Part shown: positions 17,461-25,406 of the stretch, one piece after another | Layout of the letters: each line of letters begins with the position of its first letter | Numbering within the stretch: the first letter of the stretch is position 1 | Assembly: GCF_042660085.1 (NCBI RefSeq) | Contig: NZ_JBHSTI010000008.1 | Coordinates: 1,020,001 to 1,052,000, forward strand | Direction: 5' to 3' | DNA: 32,000 nucleotides | Source of the DNA: Longivirga aurantiaca | GTDB lineage: Bacteria > Actinomycetota > Actinomycetes > S36-B12 > CAIYMF01 | Position numbers and translations under genes: made by a program | The notes under the pieces: model-generated | The model's input: the letters and a program-made list of their open reading frames with translations, nothing else | What the model was told of the DNA's origin: nothing | Databases searched by the model: none

Positions 17461-18227
17461 GCCGCCCCGACGTCGACGTCGACGACGGCCCCGAGTTCGC
17501 CGCAGCCGTCGGATCGTTCGTCAGCGACCTGGGCGGCGGGTTCATGATCTCCAGCCAGGCCAAGGCGTTCGGCAAGGACAACGGCCTGCGCGGTCGCCAG
17601 GCCTACGTGCTCGGCCGCGGCAGCGTGCTCGGCGACGTCGATGCCGACGTCATCACGAGCGCCTTCGGCTTCTGGCCCGCCGACGTCGTCCGCGAGGCGT
17701 GGGACGCCGGCCGCGAGGTGATGCCGGTGGCCGCTGCGCGCGAGGCGTACACCGCCGCCTGCCACGCGTGGGGCGTCGAGCACTACGACCGCCTCGAGGG
17801 CGCCGAGCGCCTCTGCGAGCTCATCGAGTGGATCGTCGACGGCACCGACGTCGCCGGCCTGCCCCTGTACGCCGGCTGGCGTGCCGTGCCGCTGCCCGAC
17901 GACCCGCGCGCGCGCCTCGCCCAGCTCATGCACCTGCTGCGCGAGCACCGCGGCAGCCTGCACATCGTCGCCGTCGTCGCATGCGGCCTCTCGCCGCTGC
18001 AGGCGATCCTCGCCGGCAAGGGCGGCCACGGGAACGCCACCTTCTTCGGCTGGGAGGAGCCGTTCGAGGACTTCAGCGGCCACCTCGTCGCGCGGTCCGA
18101 GGCCGAGGCGCTCACCGACCGGCTCGTGGCCCCGGCGTACGACGTGCTCGGTCACGACGAGCGCATCGAGCTGCTCGAGCTGCTGCAGGCCGCGGCCGAC
18201 GCCGCCTACGGCCCCGAGGTCGCGTAG
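17457..18227 (+). CDS. Conserved actinobacterial protein of unknown function
   Basis: The GTG start overlaps the dapF stop (GTGA). The 256-aa product has coding-like composition and LMHLLREHRGSLHIVAVVACGLSP, a motif recalled from a conserved actinobacterial hypothetical family. Function unknown. Confidence 0.7.
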   Translation: MSRPDVDVDDGPEFAAAVGSFVSDLGGGFMISSQAKAFGKDNGLRGRQAYVLGRGSVLGDVDADVITSAFGFWPADVVREAWDAGREVMPVAAAREAYTAACHAWGVEHYDRLEGAERLCELIEWIVDGTDVAGLPLYAGWRAVPLPDDPRARLAQLMHLLREHRGSLHIVAVVACGLSPLQAILAGKGGHGNATFFGWEEPFEDFSGHLVARSEAEALTDRLVAPAYDVLGHDERIELLELLQAAADAAYGPEVA

Positions 18228-18229
18228 CC

Positions 18230-19447
18230 GTGGCGGGCACCGAGGCTCTGGAGAAGCCGGCGCCGCGGGGGATCCGCGGCAAGGCCGGCCGCATCGTCGG
18301 CATCGACGTGGCGCGAGGCATCGCGCTCATCACGATGGCCGCGACGCACATGCTTCCCGTGCACGGTCCCGACGGGCACCTCACGCTGAGCGGGTTCCTG
18401 TTCGGCGGCCGCGCCTCGGCGCTGTTCGCGCTGCTCGCCGGCGTGAGCCTGGCGATCGTCACGGGTGGTGCCACGCCGAAGGCGGGTCGCGACATGACCC
18501 GCGCCCGCGCCATCATCGCCGTGCGTGCCCTGGTCATCGGGCTCATCGGCCTGATGCTCGCGATGACGGACACGATCGTGGCGGTGATCCTCGCCTACTA
18601 CGCCGTCTACTTCCTGATCGCGCTGCCGTTCCTGCGGCTGCGGGCCTCGACCCTGATGTCGCTGGCCGTGCTGTGGGGTGTGGTGAGCCCGCAGATCAGC
18701 TTCTGGCTGCGCGGGATGCTGCCCGACCCTCCGCGCGGCCAGGTCGACCTGATCATGATCTTCACCGATCCCGCGTCCGCGCTGAACGCGTTGCTGTTCA
18801 CCGGCTACTACCCGGCCTTCACCTGGCTCACGTTCATCCTGGCGGGCCTCGCCGTCGGCCGGATGGACCTGCGCGCCAAGGGAACCGCGATCGCGCTCGC
18901 CGTGGGCGGGCTCGTCGTGGCGGCGGCCGCCTGGCTCACCTCGGGCCTGCTCCTCGAGCTGTTCGGCGTCACCACGCCGTGGTCGACCGAGAACGGCCCG
19001 GTCGTGTTCAGCGGCTGGGAGATCAACAACATCGGGTGGTACGGCACCACGCCCGCCGGCGACTCGGTCTGGCTGCTGGTCGCCGGGCCGCACGCCGGTA
19101 CGACGTTCGACCTCATCGGCGTCACCGGCTCGGCTCTCGCGGTGCTCGGGGTGTGCCTGCTCGCAATGCGGACCGACCTGCTGCGGAAGATCGCCTACCC
19201 CGTCGCCGCCGCCGGCGCCATGACGCTGACCCTCTACACCATCCACGTGCTCGTGCTGTCGTTCGACGTCGGCGACCTCGGGTCCAAGACCTACTACCTG
19301 ACCCATGTGATCATCGGGCTGTCGATCGCGCCGATCTGGCTGTCGTTCTTCGCCAAGGGGCCCCTGGAGTGGGTGGTGCACGAGATCGCCACCGGCATCG
19401 GCACCGCGGCCGTGCCGCGTGAGCCGAAGCGGCCGGTCGGCGGCTGA
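18230..19447 (+). CDS. DUF1624/DUF418-type polytopic membrane protein (heparan-alpha-glucosaminide N-acetyltransferase-like)
   Basis: GTG 18230 lies 2 nt after the upstream stop. RIVGIDVARGIALITMAATHM matches the opening motif of this family. About 10 hydrophobic segments. The track ORF from 17699 is a run-on in another gene's shadow. Confidence 0.72.
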   Translation: MAGTEALEKPAPRGIRGKAGRIVGIDVARGIALITMAATHMLPVHGPDGHLTLSGFLFGGRASALFALLAGVSLAIVTGGATPKAGRDMTRARAIIAVRALVIGLIGLMLAMTDTIVAVILAYYAVYFLIALPFLRLRASTLMSLAVLWGVVSPQISFWLRGMLPDPPRGQVDLIMIFTDPASALNALLFTGYYPAFTWLTFILAGLAVGRMDLRAKGTAIALAVGGLVVAAAAWLTSGLLLELFGVTTPWSTENGPVVFSGWEINNIGWYGTTPAGDSVWLLVAGPHAGTTFDLIGVTGSALAVLGVCLLAMRTDLLRKIAYPVAAAGAMTLTLYTIHVLVLSFDVGDLGSKTYYLTHVIIGLSIAPIWLSFFAKGPLEWVVHEIATGIGTAAVPREPKRPVGG

Positions 19448-19469
19448 ACCGCGCGCCCGGCGCGGCGTG

Positions 19470-19604
19470 TCAGGCGGACGGGCGCGGCTCGGTCGACGCC
19501 CAGGTGTAGAGGCCGGCGACCACCAGCCACACCGCGGTCGGAGCGATGAGCAGCGCCGCCTGCCACGAGACCGACGCCACGACGGCGAGGACGTCGAGCC
19601 GCAT
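19470..19604 (-). CDS. Possible 44-aa small membrane protein
   Basis: ATG 19604 is preceded by GAGGAGGTG at good spacing. MRLDVLAVVASVSWQAALLIAPTAVWLVVAGLYTWASTEPRPSA has two hydrophobic stretches. It is too short to judge by composition. Confidence 0.4.
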   Translation of the reverse strand: MRLDVLAVVASVSWQAALLIAPTAVWLVVAGLYTWASTEPRPSA

Positions 19605-19749
19605 CGGCCCACCTCCTCTCTGCCCAGTCTCGGTCATGCAGGACGCAGACCGACGCACCCGCCCGTCCGATGCTGCGGCCGCAGCGCGATGACGCTGAGC
19701 GAGAACCGGGTACGCACGCCCGCTCAGGCCGTGCGACCCTGGAGCCAAC

Positions 19750-21153
19750 ATGACTGACTCCTTCATCGACGCCGACGAGCTCACCACCGGCGAGTTCGAG
19801 CTCTCCGACCGTGCGGCGCTGCGCCGTGTCGGCGGCCTGTCGACCGAGCTCACCGACGTCACCGAGGTCGAGTACCGGCAGATCCGGCTCGAGCGCGTGG
19901 TGCTGGTCGGCGTCTGGACCGAGGGCACCGTGCTCGACGCCGAGCGCAGCCTCGCCGAGCTCGCACGTCTCGCGGAGACCGCCGGCTCGGTCATCGTCGA
20001 CGGCCTGATCCAGCGCCGCGACCGGCCGGACCCGGCGACGTACATCGGCTCGGGCAAGGCCAAGGAGCTGCGCGACGTCGTCATCGAGCACGGCGCCGAC
20101 ACCGTCATCGCCGACGGCGAGCTCACGCCCGGCCAGCTGCGCCAGCTCGAGGACGTCGTGAAGGTGAAGGTCGTCGACCGCACCTGGCTGATCCTCGACA
20201 TCTTCGCCCAGCACGCACGCAGCCGGGAGGGCAAGGCGCAGGTCTCGCTCGCACAGATGCAGTACCTCCTTCCGCGCCTGCGCGGCTGGGGCGAGTCGCT
20301 CTCCCGCCAGGGCGGTGGCGCCGGAGGCTCCGGCGGCGGCGTCGGCACGCGCGGCCCCGGTGAGACCAAGATCGAGACCGACCGCCGTCGCATCAACACC
20401 TCGATGGCCAAGCTGCGCCGCGACATCAAGGAGATGAAGACCGCACGCGACACCCAGCGCGCGGACCGTCGTCGCCACGGTGTGCCGAGCGTCGCGATCG
20501 CCGGCTACACCAACGCCGGCAAGTCCAGTCTCCTCAACTGCGTCACGGGCGCGGGTGTCCTCGTCGAGGACTCGCTGTTCGCCACGCTCGACCCGACCGT
20601 ACGACGTACCCACACGCCGACCGGTCGCGAGTACACGGTCACCGACACGGTCGGCTTCGTCCGCCACCTGCCGCACCAGCTCGTCGAGGCGTTCCGCTCG
20701 ACGCTCGAGGAGGTGTCGGAGAGCGACCTGATCCTGCACGTGGTCGACGGCAGCGACGACGACCCCGAGGGCCAGATCACCGCCGTGCGCGAGGTGCTCG
20801 CGGAGATCGGCGCGCAGCACGTGCCCGAGATCATCGTGATCAACAAGGCCGATGCAGCCGACCCCGAGACCATCGCGCGGCTGCAGCGGCGCGAGCCGCA
20901 CTCGATCGTCGTCAGCGCCAAGACGGGCGCGGGGATCGAGCAGCTGCTCGGCATGATCGAGCACGACCTGCCGCGCAGCGCCGTCGAGGTCGACGTCGTC
21001 GTCCCGTACGAGCGCGGAGACCTCGTGGCCCGCGCGCACAAGGACGGCGAGGTTCTCGGCGTCGACCACACCGAGTCCGGCACCCGGCTGAAGGCGCGCG
21101 TGCCGCAGAGCCTGGCCACCGAGCTCGAGGCCGCGGCAGCCTCCGCGTCGTAG
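19750..21153 (+). CDS. hflX: GTPase HflX
   Basis: HflX N-domain, then G1 GYTNAGKSSL, G3 DTVGF and G4 NKAD. ATG lies 6 nt after GGAG. Confidence 0.95.
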   Translation: MTDSFIDADELTTGEFELSDRAALRRVGGLSTELTDVTEVEYRQIRLERVVLVGVWTEGTVLDAERSLAELARLAETAGSVIVDGLIQRRDRPDPATYIGSGKAKELRDVVIEHGADTVIADGELTPGQLRQLEDVVKVKVVDRTWLILDIFAQHARSREGKAQVSLAQMQYLLPRLRGWGESLSRQGGGAGGSGGGVGTRGPGETKIETDRRRINTSMAKLRRDIKEMKTARDTQRADRRRHGVPSVAIAGYTNAGKSSLLNCVTGAGVLVEDSLFATLDPTVRRTHTPTGREYTVTDTVGFVRHLPHQLVEAFRSTLEEVSESDLILHVVDGSDDDPEGQITAVREVLAEIGAQHVPEIIVINKADAADPETIARLQRREPHSIVVSAKTGAGIEQLLGMIEHDLPRSAVEVDVVVPYERGDLVARAHKDGEVLGVDHTESGTRLKARVPQSLATELEAAAASAS

Positions 21154-21256
21154 CCCGTCCGGGCACCCGGCCGTCGGACGACTCCGGCACCTGCTCTACG
21201 GTCGCCCCTGCATCCGCCCCGCGCTCGCGGGGTCACCCGAGCGAGAGGCGCGCACC

Positions 21257-21595
21257 ATGAGCGAGAGCAACGAGACCGCGGCCGAGGCCCAGGTCGAGAC
21301 CGTCGTCCTGGTCGACGTGGACGGCGACGGCACCGTCGACGCGGTCGTCGTCGTCGAGGACAACGGCGACTCCGTCACCGCGGTCGACCTCGACGGCGAC
21401 GGGACGATCGACGCCGTCATCACCACGACCGAGGGTGGCGCCACCGTCATCTCGATCGACGAGGACGGCGACGGCACCCCCGACGTCCTGCTCGTCGACG
21501 TCGACGGCGACGGCACCATCGATGCGGTCGCGACCCTGGACGAGAACGGCGAGATCGACGAGATCGCCGAGGTCGAGAAGGCCCCGGAGGCCTGA
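21257..21595 (+). CDS. Small highly acidic protein with four DxDGDGTxD calcium-binding-type repeats
   Basis: 112 aa. Repeats: VDVDGDGTVDAV, VDLDGDGTIDAV, IDEDGDGTPDVL, VDVDGDGTIDAV. No signal peptide or TM segment was seen. Confidence 0.7.
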   Translation: MSESNETAAEAQVETVVLVDVDGDGTVDAVVVVEDNGDSVTAVDLDGDGTIDAVITTTEGGATVISIDEDGDGTPDVLLVDVDGDGTIDAVATLDENGEIDEIAEVEKAPEA

Positions 21596-21606
21596 TCCAC
21601 GAACGC

Positions 21607-21646
21607 CCTGTGGGCCCTGGAACCAGCCGGTTCCAGGGCCCACAGG
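21607..21646. terminator. Strong bidirectional hairpin between convergent genes
   Basis: Perfect 18-bp stem CCTGTGGGCCCTGGAACC / GGTTCCAGGGCCCACAGG with a 4-nt loop, between the stops at 21595 (+) and 21675 (-). Confidence 0.8.
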
Positions 21647-21674
21647 TCTGTCCGGCGCCGTCGTCGTACGACGG

Positions 21675-22700
21675 CTACGCGCGGTTCGCGCCGCGTGAGC
21701 GCTTCGCGTCGAGGAGCGCCTCGTCCGCGCGGCCCAGGGCCGCGTACAGCTCCTCGCCCGAGCCCATCTCGGCCCATCCTGCGGTCCATCCCCCGCTCGC
21801 CGGCAGTGCCGCCGCTGGCCGCTGCCCGCGTACGCGCGCCTCGAGGCTCCGAGCGTCGGCGAGCCGCGAGCCCACCAGCACCAGGGCGAACTCGTCCCCG
21901 CCGAAGCGACCGGCGAGATCGCTCTCGCGCAGCGCGCGCTGCCACGCGGCCGAGACGTCCCGCAGCCGCTGGTCGCCGGCGAGGTGCCCGTGCGTGTCGT
22001 TGTAGAGCTTGAACTGGTCGAGGTCGACGAGCCCGACGGTCACCGGCACCCCCGAGCGCGCACAGGCCGCGACGAGCGTGGGCGCCATGAGGTCGAGACC
22101 GCGGCGGTTGAGCAGCCCGGTGAGGTCGTCGTGCAGCGCCAGATCACGCAGCCGCCGCACGAGTCCCGACACGAGGATCGCGAGGCCCGTGATGACGGCG
22201 ACGATCATCCAGTAGACCGCGGGCGACGACATCTGGGGGTTGCTGCGCTCGGCCAGCCCGAGCAGCAGGAACGCCAGGGCGAGCGACACCAGGAGCCGGC
22301 CGCTGGTCAGGAAGTACGCCGCGAACACGACGTAGCTGGCGAGGCCGAGCCCGATGAGCACCTGCCCCTCGGCGGTCGGGCTCAGCACCACCGCCCCGGC
22401 GGCGAGGAGGTACCCCAGGCCGAGGGAGACATCGACGCCGGTGCCGTGGGGGAGCAGGGGCAGCACCCACAGGGTGACGGCGACGAGCAGCAGGAGGACC
22501 CCGGCGAGGATCGCCAACGACGCGTCGCTGACCGATGCCTGCACCTCGGCGACGGTGAACCCGAGGCAGAGCACCGCGGCGAGCGCCTGGATCCCGGCGA
22601 GGATGCGGAAGGGCGTGCGACGCCGCGTGAGGTGATGGTCGTCGCGTTGGGCGGGACGCCTCGTCCGGATGGAGGGGACACCCGCCCCCTCGGTGGTCAT
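21675..22700 (-). CDS. Membrane-anchored diguanylate cyclase (GGDEF domain)
   Basis: N-terminal half has about 6 TM segments. DDLTGLLNRRG, DLDQFKLYNDTHGHLAGD, I-site RESD and active-site GRFGGDEF are all present. Confidence 0.9.
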   Translation of the reverse strand: MTTEGAGVPSIRTRRPAQRDDHHLTRRRTPFRILAGIQALAAVLCLGFTVAEVQASVSDASLAILAGVLLLLVAVTLWVLPLLPHGTGVDVSLGLGYLLAAGAVVLSPTAEGQVLIGLGLASYVVFAAYFLTSGRLLVSLALAFLLLGLAERSNPQMSSPAVYWMIVAVITGLAILVSGLVRRLRDLALHDDLTGLLNRRGLDLMAPTLVAACARSGVPVTVGLVDLDQFKLYNDTHGHLAGDQRLRDVSAAWQRALRESDLAGRFGGDEFALVLVGSRLADARSLEARVRGQRPAAALPASGGWTAGWAEMGSGEELYAALGRADEALLDAKRSRGANRA

Positions 22701-22775
22701 GCGCTCAGGCTACGGAGCGCGCCCGTCTCGTTGCACGCTGCGCAGAGCAGCACTCACCCACGCTTGGATGTGCCC

Positions 22776-23489
22776 ATGCTCACCCTCGCGACGTGGAACG
22801 TGCTCGCCCCGGCGTACGCGCTGCCCACCCGGTACGAGGGGGTCCCGTCGGACCTGCTGGAGGCGCCGCACCGCACGCCGCGCGTGCACGCGCGCCTGGA
22901 GGCGCTGCTCGACCGGTGCGACGTCGTCGCGGTGCAGGAGGCCGACCTCGACCTGGTCGGGTGGCTGCGCGAGGTCGCGGGCGCGAGCGTGCTGCACGCG
23001 CCCCGGCCCTCGTCGGTGGACGGCGTGCTGCTCGCGTCGCGACGGCACCGGCTCGACGGGCTGACCGGTGGCTCGGCCGATCAGCGCCGTACCTGGGCAG
23101 CGGCAGAGGTGTCGGGCGTGCTGGTGGTGTCGGTCCACCTCGATCCGGAGTGGCCAGCCAAGCGGCTGCGTGGCGCGGTGCAGGCGGCGCAGCTGGTCAC
23201 GTGGCTCGACGAGGAGGCCGACGCCCGTGCGGTCGTCATCGCCGGCGACATCAACGCGTCGTGGGACCGGCAGACCGGCGATGCGTTGCGCTGGGGCAGG
23301 TTCGACGCTCAGCGGGTAGGTGCCACTGCGGCCACGAACGGGAAGTGCCGTGAGCTGGACGTGATCGCGACCCGGGGGTGCGCGGCGGCCGTGGAGCCGA
23401 CCGGGCTCCCGCCCGTGGGGACGGCGTACCGGCTGCCCGATCTCGACGTGCCGAGCGACCACGCGCCGCTGCTGGCGACGATCCGGTAG
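22776..23489 (+). CDS. Endonuclease/exonuclease/phosphatase (EEP) family protein
   Basis: MLTLATWNVL..., VVAVQEAD, AGDINAS and the C-terminal VPSDHAPLLATI are EEP catalytic motifs. The track ORF from 21984 is a run-on. Confidence 0.85.
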   Translation: MLTLATWNVLAPAYALPTRYEGVPSDLLEAPHRTPRVHARLEALLDRCDVVAVQEADLDLVGWLREVAGASVLHAPRPSSVDGVLLASRRHRLDGLTGGSADQRRTWAAAEVSGVLVVSVHLDPEWPAKRLRGAVQAAQLVTWLDEEADARAVVIAGDINASWDRQTGDALRWGRFDAQRVGATAATNGKCRELDVIATRGCAAAVEPTGLPPVGTAYRLPDLDVPSDHAPLLATIR

Positions 23490-23490
23490 G

Positions 23491-23949
23491 TCAGCTCAGG
23501 GAGGGGGAGCGGTTCGTGGCGAGGAGGTAGTCGTCGTGCGCGGCGCCGACGACGCCCATCGTGCTGAGGTCGGAGGTCCACAGCGCGTAGCCCGGCCACC
23601 ATCCGCTGGAGGTCAGCGTGCGCACGCGCTCGTTGAGCGCGACCGCGGCGTCGACGTCGAGCCCCGGGAGAACGGCGATGAACTCGTCCCGGCCGGAGCG
23701 GGCCATGATCGCCCCGAACGGCAGGGCCGACTGCCAGGCGATGACGGCGCCGTCGATCGCCTCGTCGCCGGCGCGCACGGAGTCGTCGTCGCGCATGTGC
23801 TTGACGGGCCGCACCTCGAAGAAGACCACCGCGACGGGTCGGTCGGCGCTCCACGCGCTCTCGGCGACGGCTCGGCCGTCCTGGCGGAGCTTCCTGCCGG
23901 ACCACACCCCGGTCACCGGGTCGACCTCGTGCACGGGGCTCACCACCAT
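23491..23949 (-). CDS. Soluble degenerate GGDEF-domain protein (SGRDEF, metal-site residues lost)
   Basis: The 152-aa product from ATG 23949 aligns by eye to the neighbouring cyclases: DPVTGVWSGRKL vs D.LTGL.NRRGL, and ARSGRDEFIAVLPG vs ARFGGDEFAVVLPG. DLD is replaced by FEV and there is no RxxD I-site. Confidence 0.6.
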   Translation of the reverse strand: MVVSPVHEVDPVTGVWSGRKLRQDGRAVAESAWSADRPVAVVFFEVRPVKHMRDDDSVRAGDEAIDGAVIAWQSALPFGAIMARSGRDEFIAVLPGLDVDAAVALNERVRTLTSSGWWPGYALWTSDLSTMGVVGAAHDDYLLATNRSPSLS

Positions 23950-24120
23950 CGAAGAGTAGGCGCTAGGGCATGGACGCCCCAAGGCCTGACGGGGACGTCC
24001 CTCGTACGAGTGACCAGCGTCCCGCACGGATCGACGGGGTCGCGCGGCACGGAAGGTGAACGTGAGGAGAACAAGAACCTCGGCAATGGTGACGCAGCAG
24101 AATCACTCGACCACGCAGCG

Positions 24121-24290
24121 TCAGGCCTTGGGACGGAGGCGGCTGCGCTGGGCGTCGACGAGGGCCTCGTCGGCGCGGTCGAGGGCGTCGTACAGGTCCT
24201 CGCCGAGGACCGGCGGCGAGGCCGACGCTGAACGCGGCGCTCGTGCGGGCTCGCACCCGGGCGATCACGTCCTCGACCTGCGGGGGAGGA
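24121..24290 (-). pseudogene. Frameshifted 3' fragment of a GGDEF gene
   Basis: One minus-strand frame reads ...PPQVEDVIARVRARTSAAFSVGLAAGP. The adjacent frame reads GEDLYDALDRADEALVDAQRSRLRPKA* (stop 24121-24123). Joined across one frameshift, these parallel the C-terminus of the 24347..25345 product (AQELVERVRQRCASGWSIGLETWDAGEDLYAALARADASL). Confidence 0.5.
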
Positions 24291-24346
24291 CGCTCACGGC
24301 GCGATCGGCATGGTTCCTGCCCAGCGGACGCCGGCGACCGGTCAGG

Positions 24347-25345
24347 TCACTCCGGGTGCGACTCGAGGGCCCGTTCGGCTGCGAAGAGCGACGCGTCGGC
24401 TCGCGCGAGGGCGGCGTACAGGTCCTCGCCCGCGTCCCAGGTCTCCAGCCCGATGCTCCACCCCGAGGCGCAGCGCTGGCGGACCCGTTCGACGAGCTCC
24501 TGCGCCTGGGCCGGCGTCGAGCCGGGGAGAACCACCGCGAACTCGTCCCCGCCGAACCGCGCCAGCACGTCGCCATGGCGGAGCTCGGCGTTCCAGCAGG
24601 CGGCGACGCACCGGAGCTCGTCGTCGCCGGCGAGGTGTCCGTAGAGGTCGTTGAAGCCCTTGAAGTCGTCGAGGTCGAGGATGCCGACGGTGACGCAGCC
24701 GCCGCTGCGGCGTGCCGAGGCGCTGACGGCCGGTGCCAGGAGGTCGAGGCCGCGCCGGTTGAAGGCGCCGGTGAGCGAGTCGTGCAGGGCCTGGTCGCGC
24801 AGCCTCACCGCGAGCCGCGACACCATCATCGACACGCCCACGAGCGCGAGGCAGATGACGACGTAGTCGACCGCGGTGTCGAGCAGCGGGTTCACGAGCA
24901 GGGCGGCGCCGTAGCCCACGACGATCACGACGAGGTGGAGTGCGAGCAGCCGCGGCGGTCGATAGCTCGCCGCGAACACGCCCAGCAGGACCAGCCCGAC
25001 GCCGATGAGCACCTGGTCCTGGGCCGTCGGCACCACGAGCGCGCCCCCGCTCGCGACCACCGCGCCGAACACGATGCCGACGTCCAGGCCGACGCCCTCC
25101 CGGAACCGCGGGGCGACCCAGCGGCTGAGCGCGGAGGCCACCAGCAGGAGCACCCCGGCGGCGACGTCGTACGGGCGCAGGGCGTCATCGGTGCCAGGGA
25201 TGATGCTGAACAGCAGCGAGACGATCCCGCCGATGAGCCAGATGAGCGAGAGCACGCGGTAGGGGGCCAGCCGCTCGGCCGCCGAGCTCGCTGACGGGTG
25301 CGTTGTCTCGAGCGCACGGCCAGGGCCGTCGCCCCGTACCGACAT
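24347..25345 (-). CDS. Membrane-anchored diguanylate cyclase (GGDEF domain), paralog of 21675..22700
   Basis: Multi-TM N-terminal half. DSLTGAFNRRG, DLDDFKGFNDLYGHLAGD, I-site RHGD and ARFGGDEF are present. Confidence 0.9.
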   Translation of the reverse strand: MSVRGDGPGRALETTHPSASSAAERLAPYRVLSLIWLIGGIVSLLFSIIPGTDDALRPYDVAAGVLLLVASALSRWVAPRFREGVGLDVGIVFGAVVASGGALVVPTAQDQVLIGVGLVLLGVFAASYRPPRLLALHLVVIVVGYGAALLVNPLLDTAVDYVVICLALVGVSMMVSRLAVRLRDQALHDSLTGAFNRRGLDLLAPAVSASARRSGGCVTVGILDLDDFKGFNDLYGHLAGDDELRCVAACWNAELRHGDVLARFGGDEFAVVLPGSTPAQAQELVERVRQRCASGWSIGLETWDAGEDLYAALARADASLFAAERALESHPE

Positions 25346-25406
25346 GCCTCCACGTTAGGGCGATGCCCTGGGGGAGTCGCGGCGACGGGGCGTTGTCCAT
25401 CGTCCT

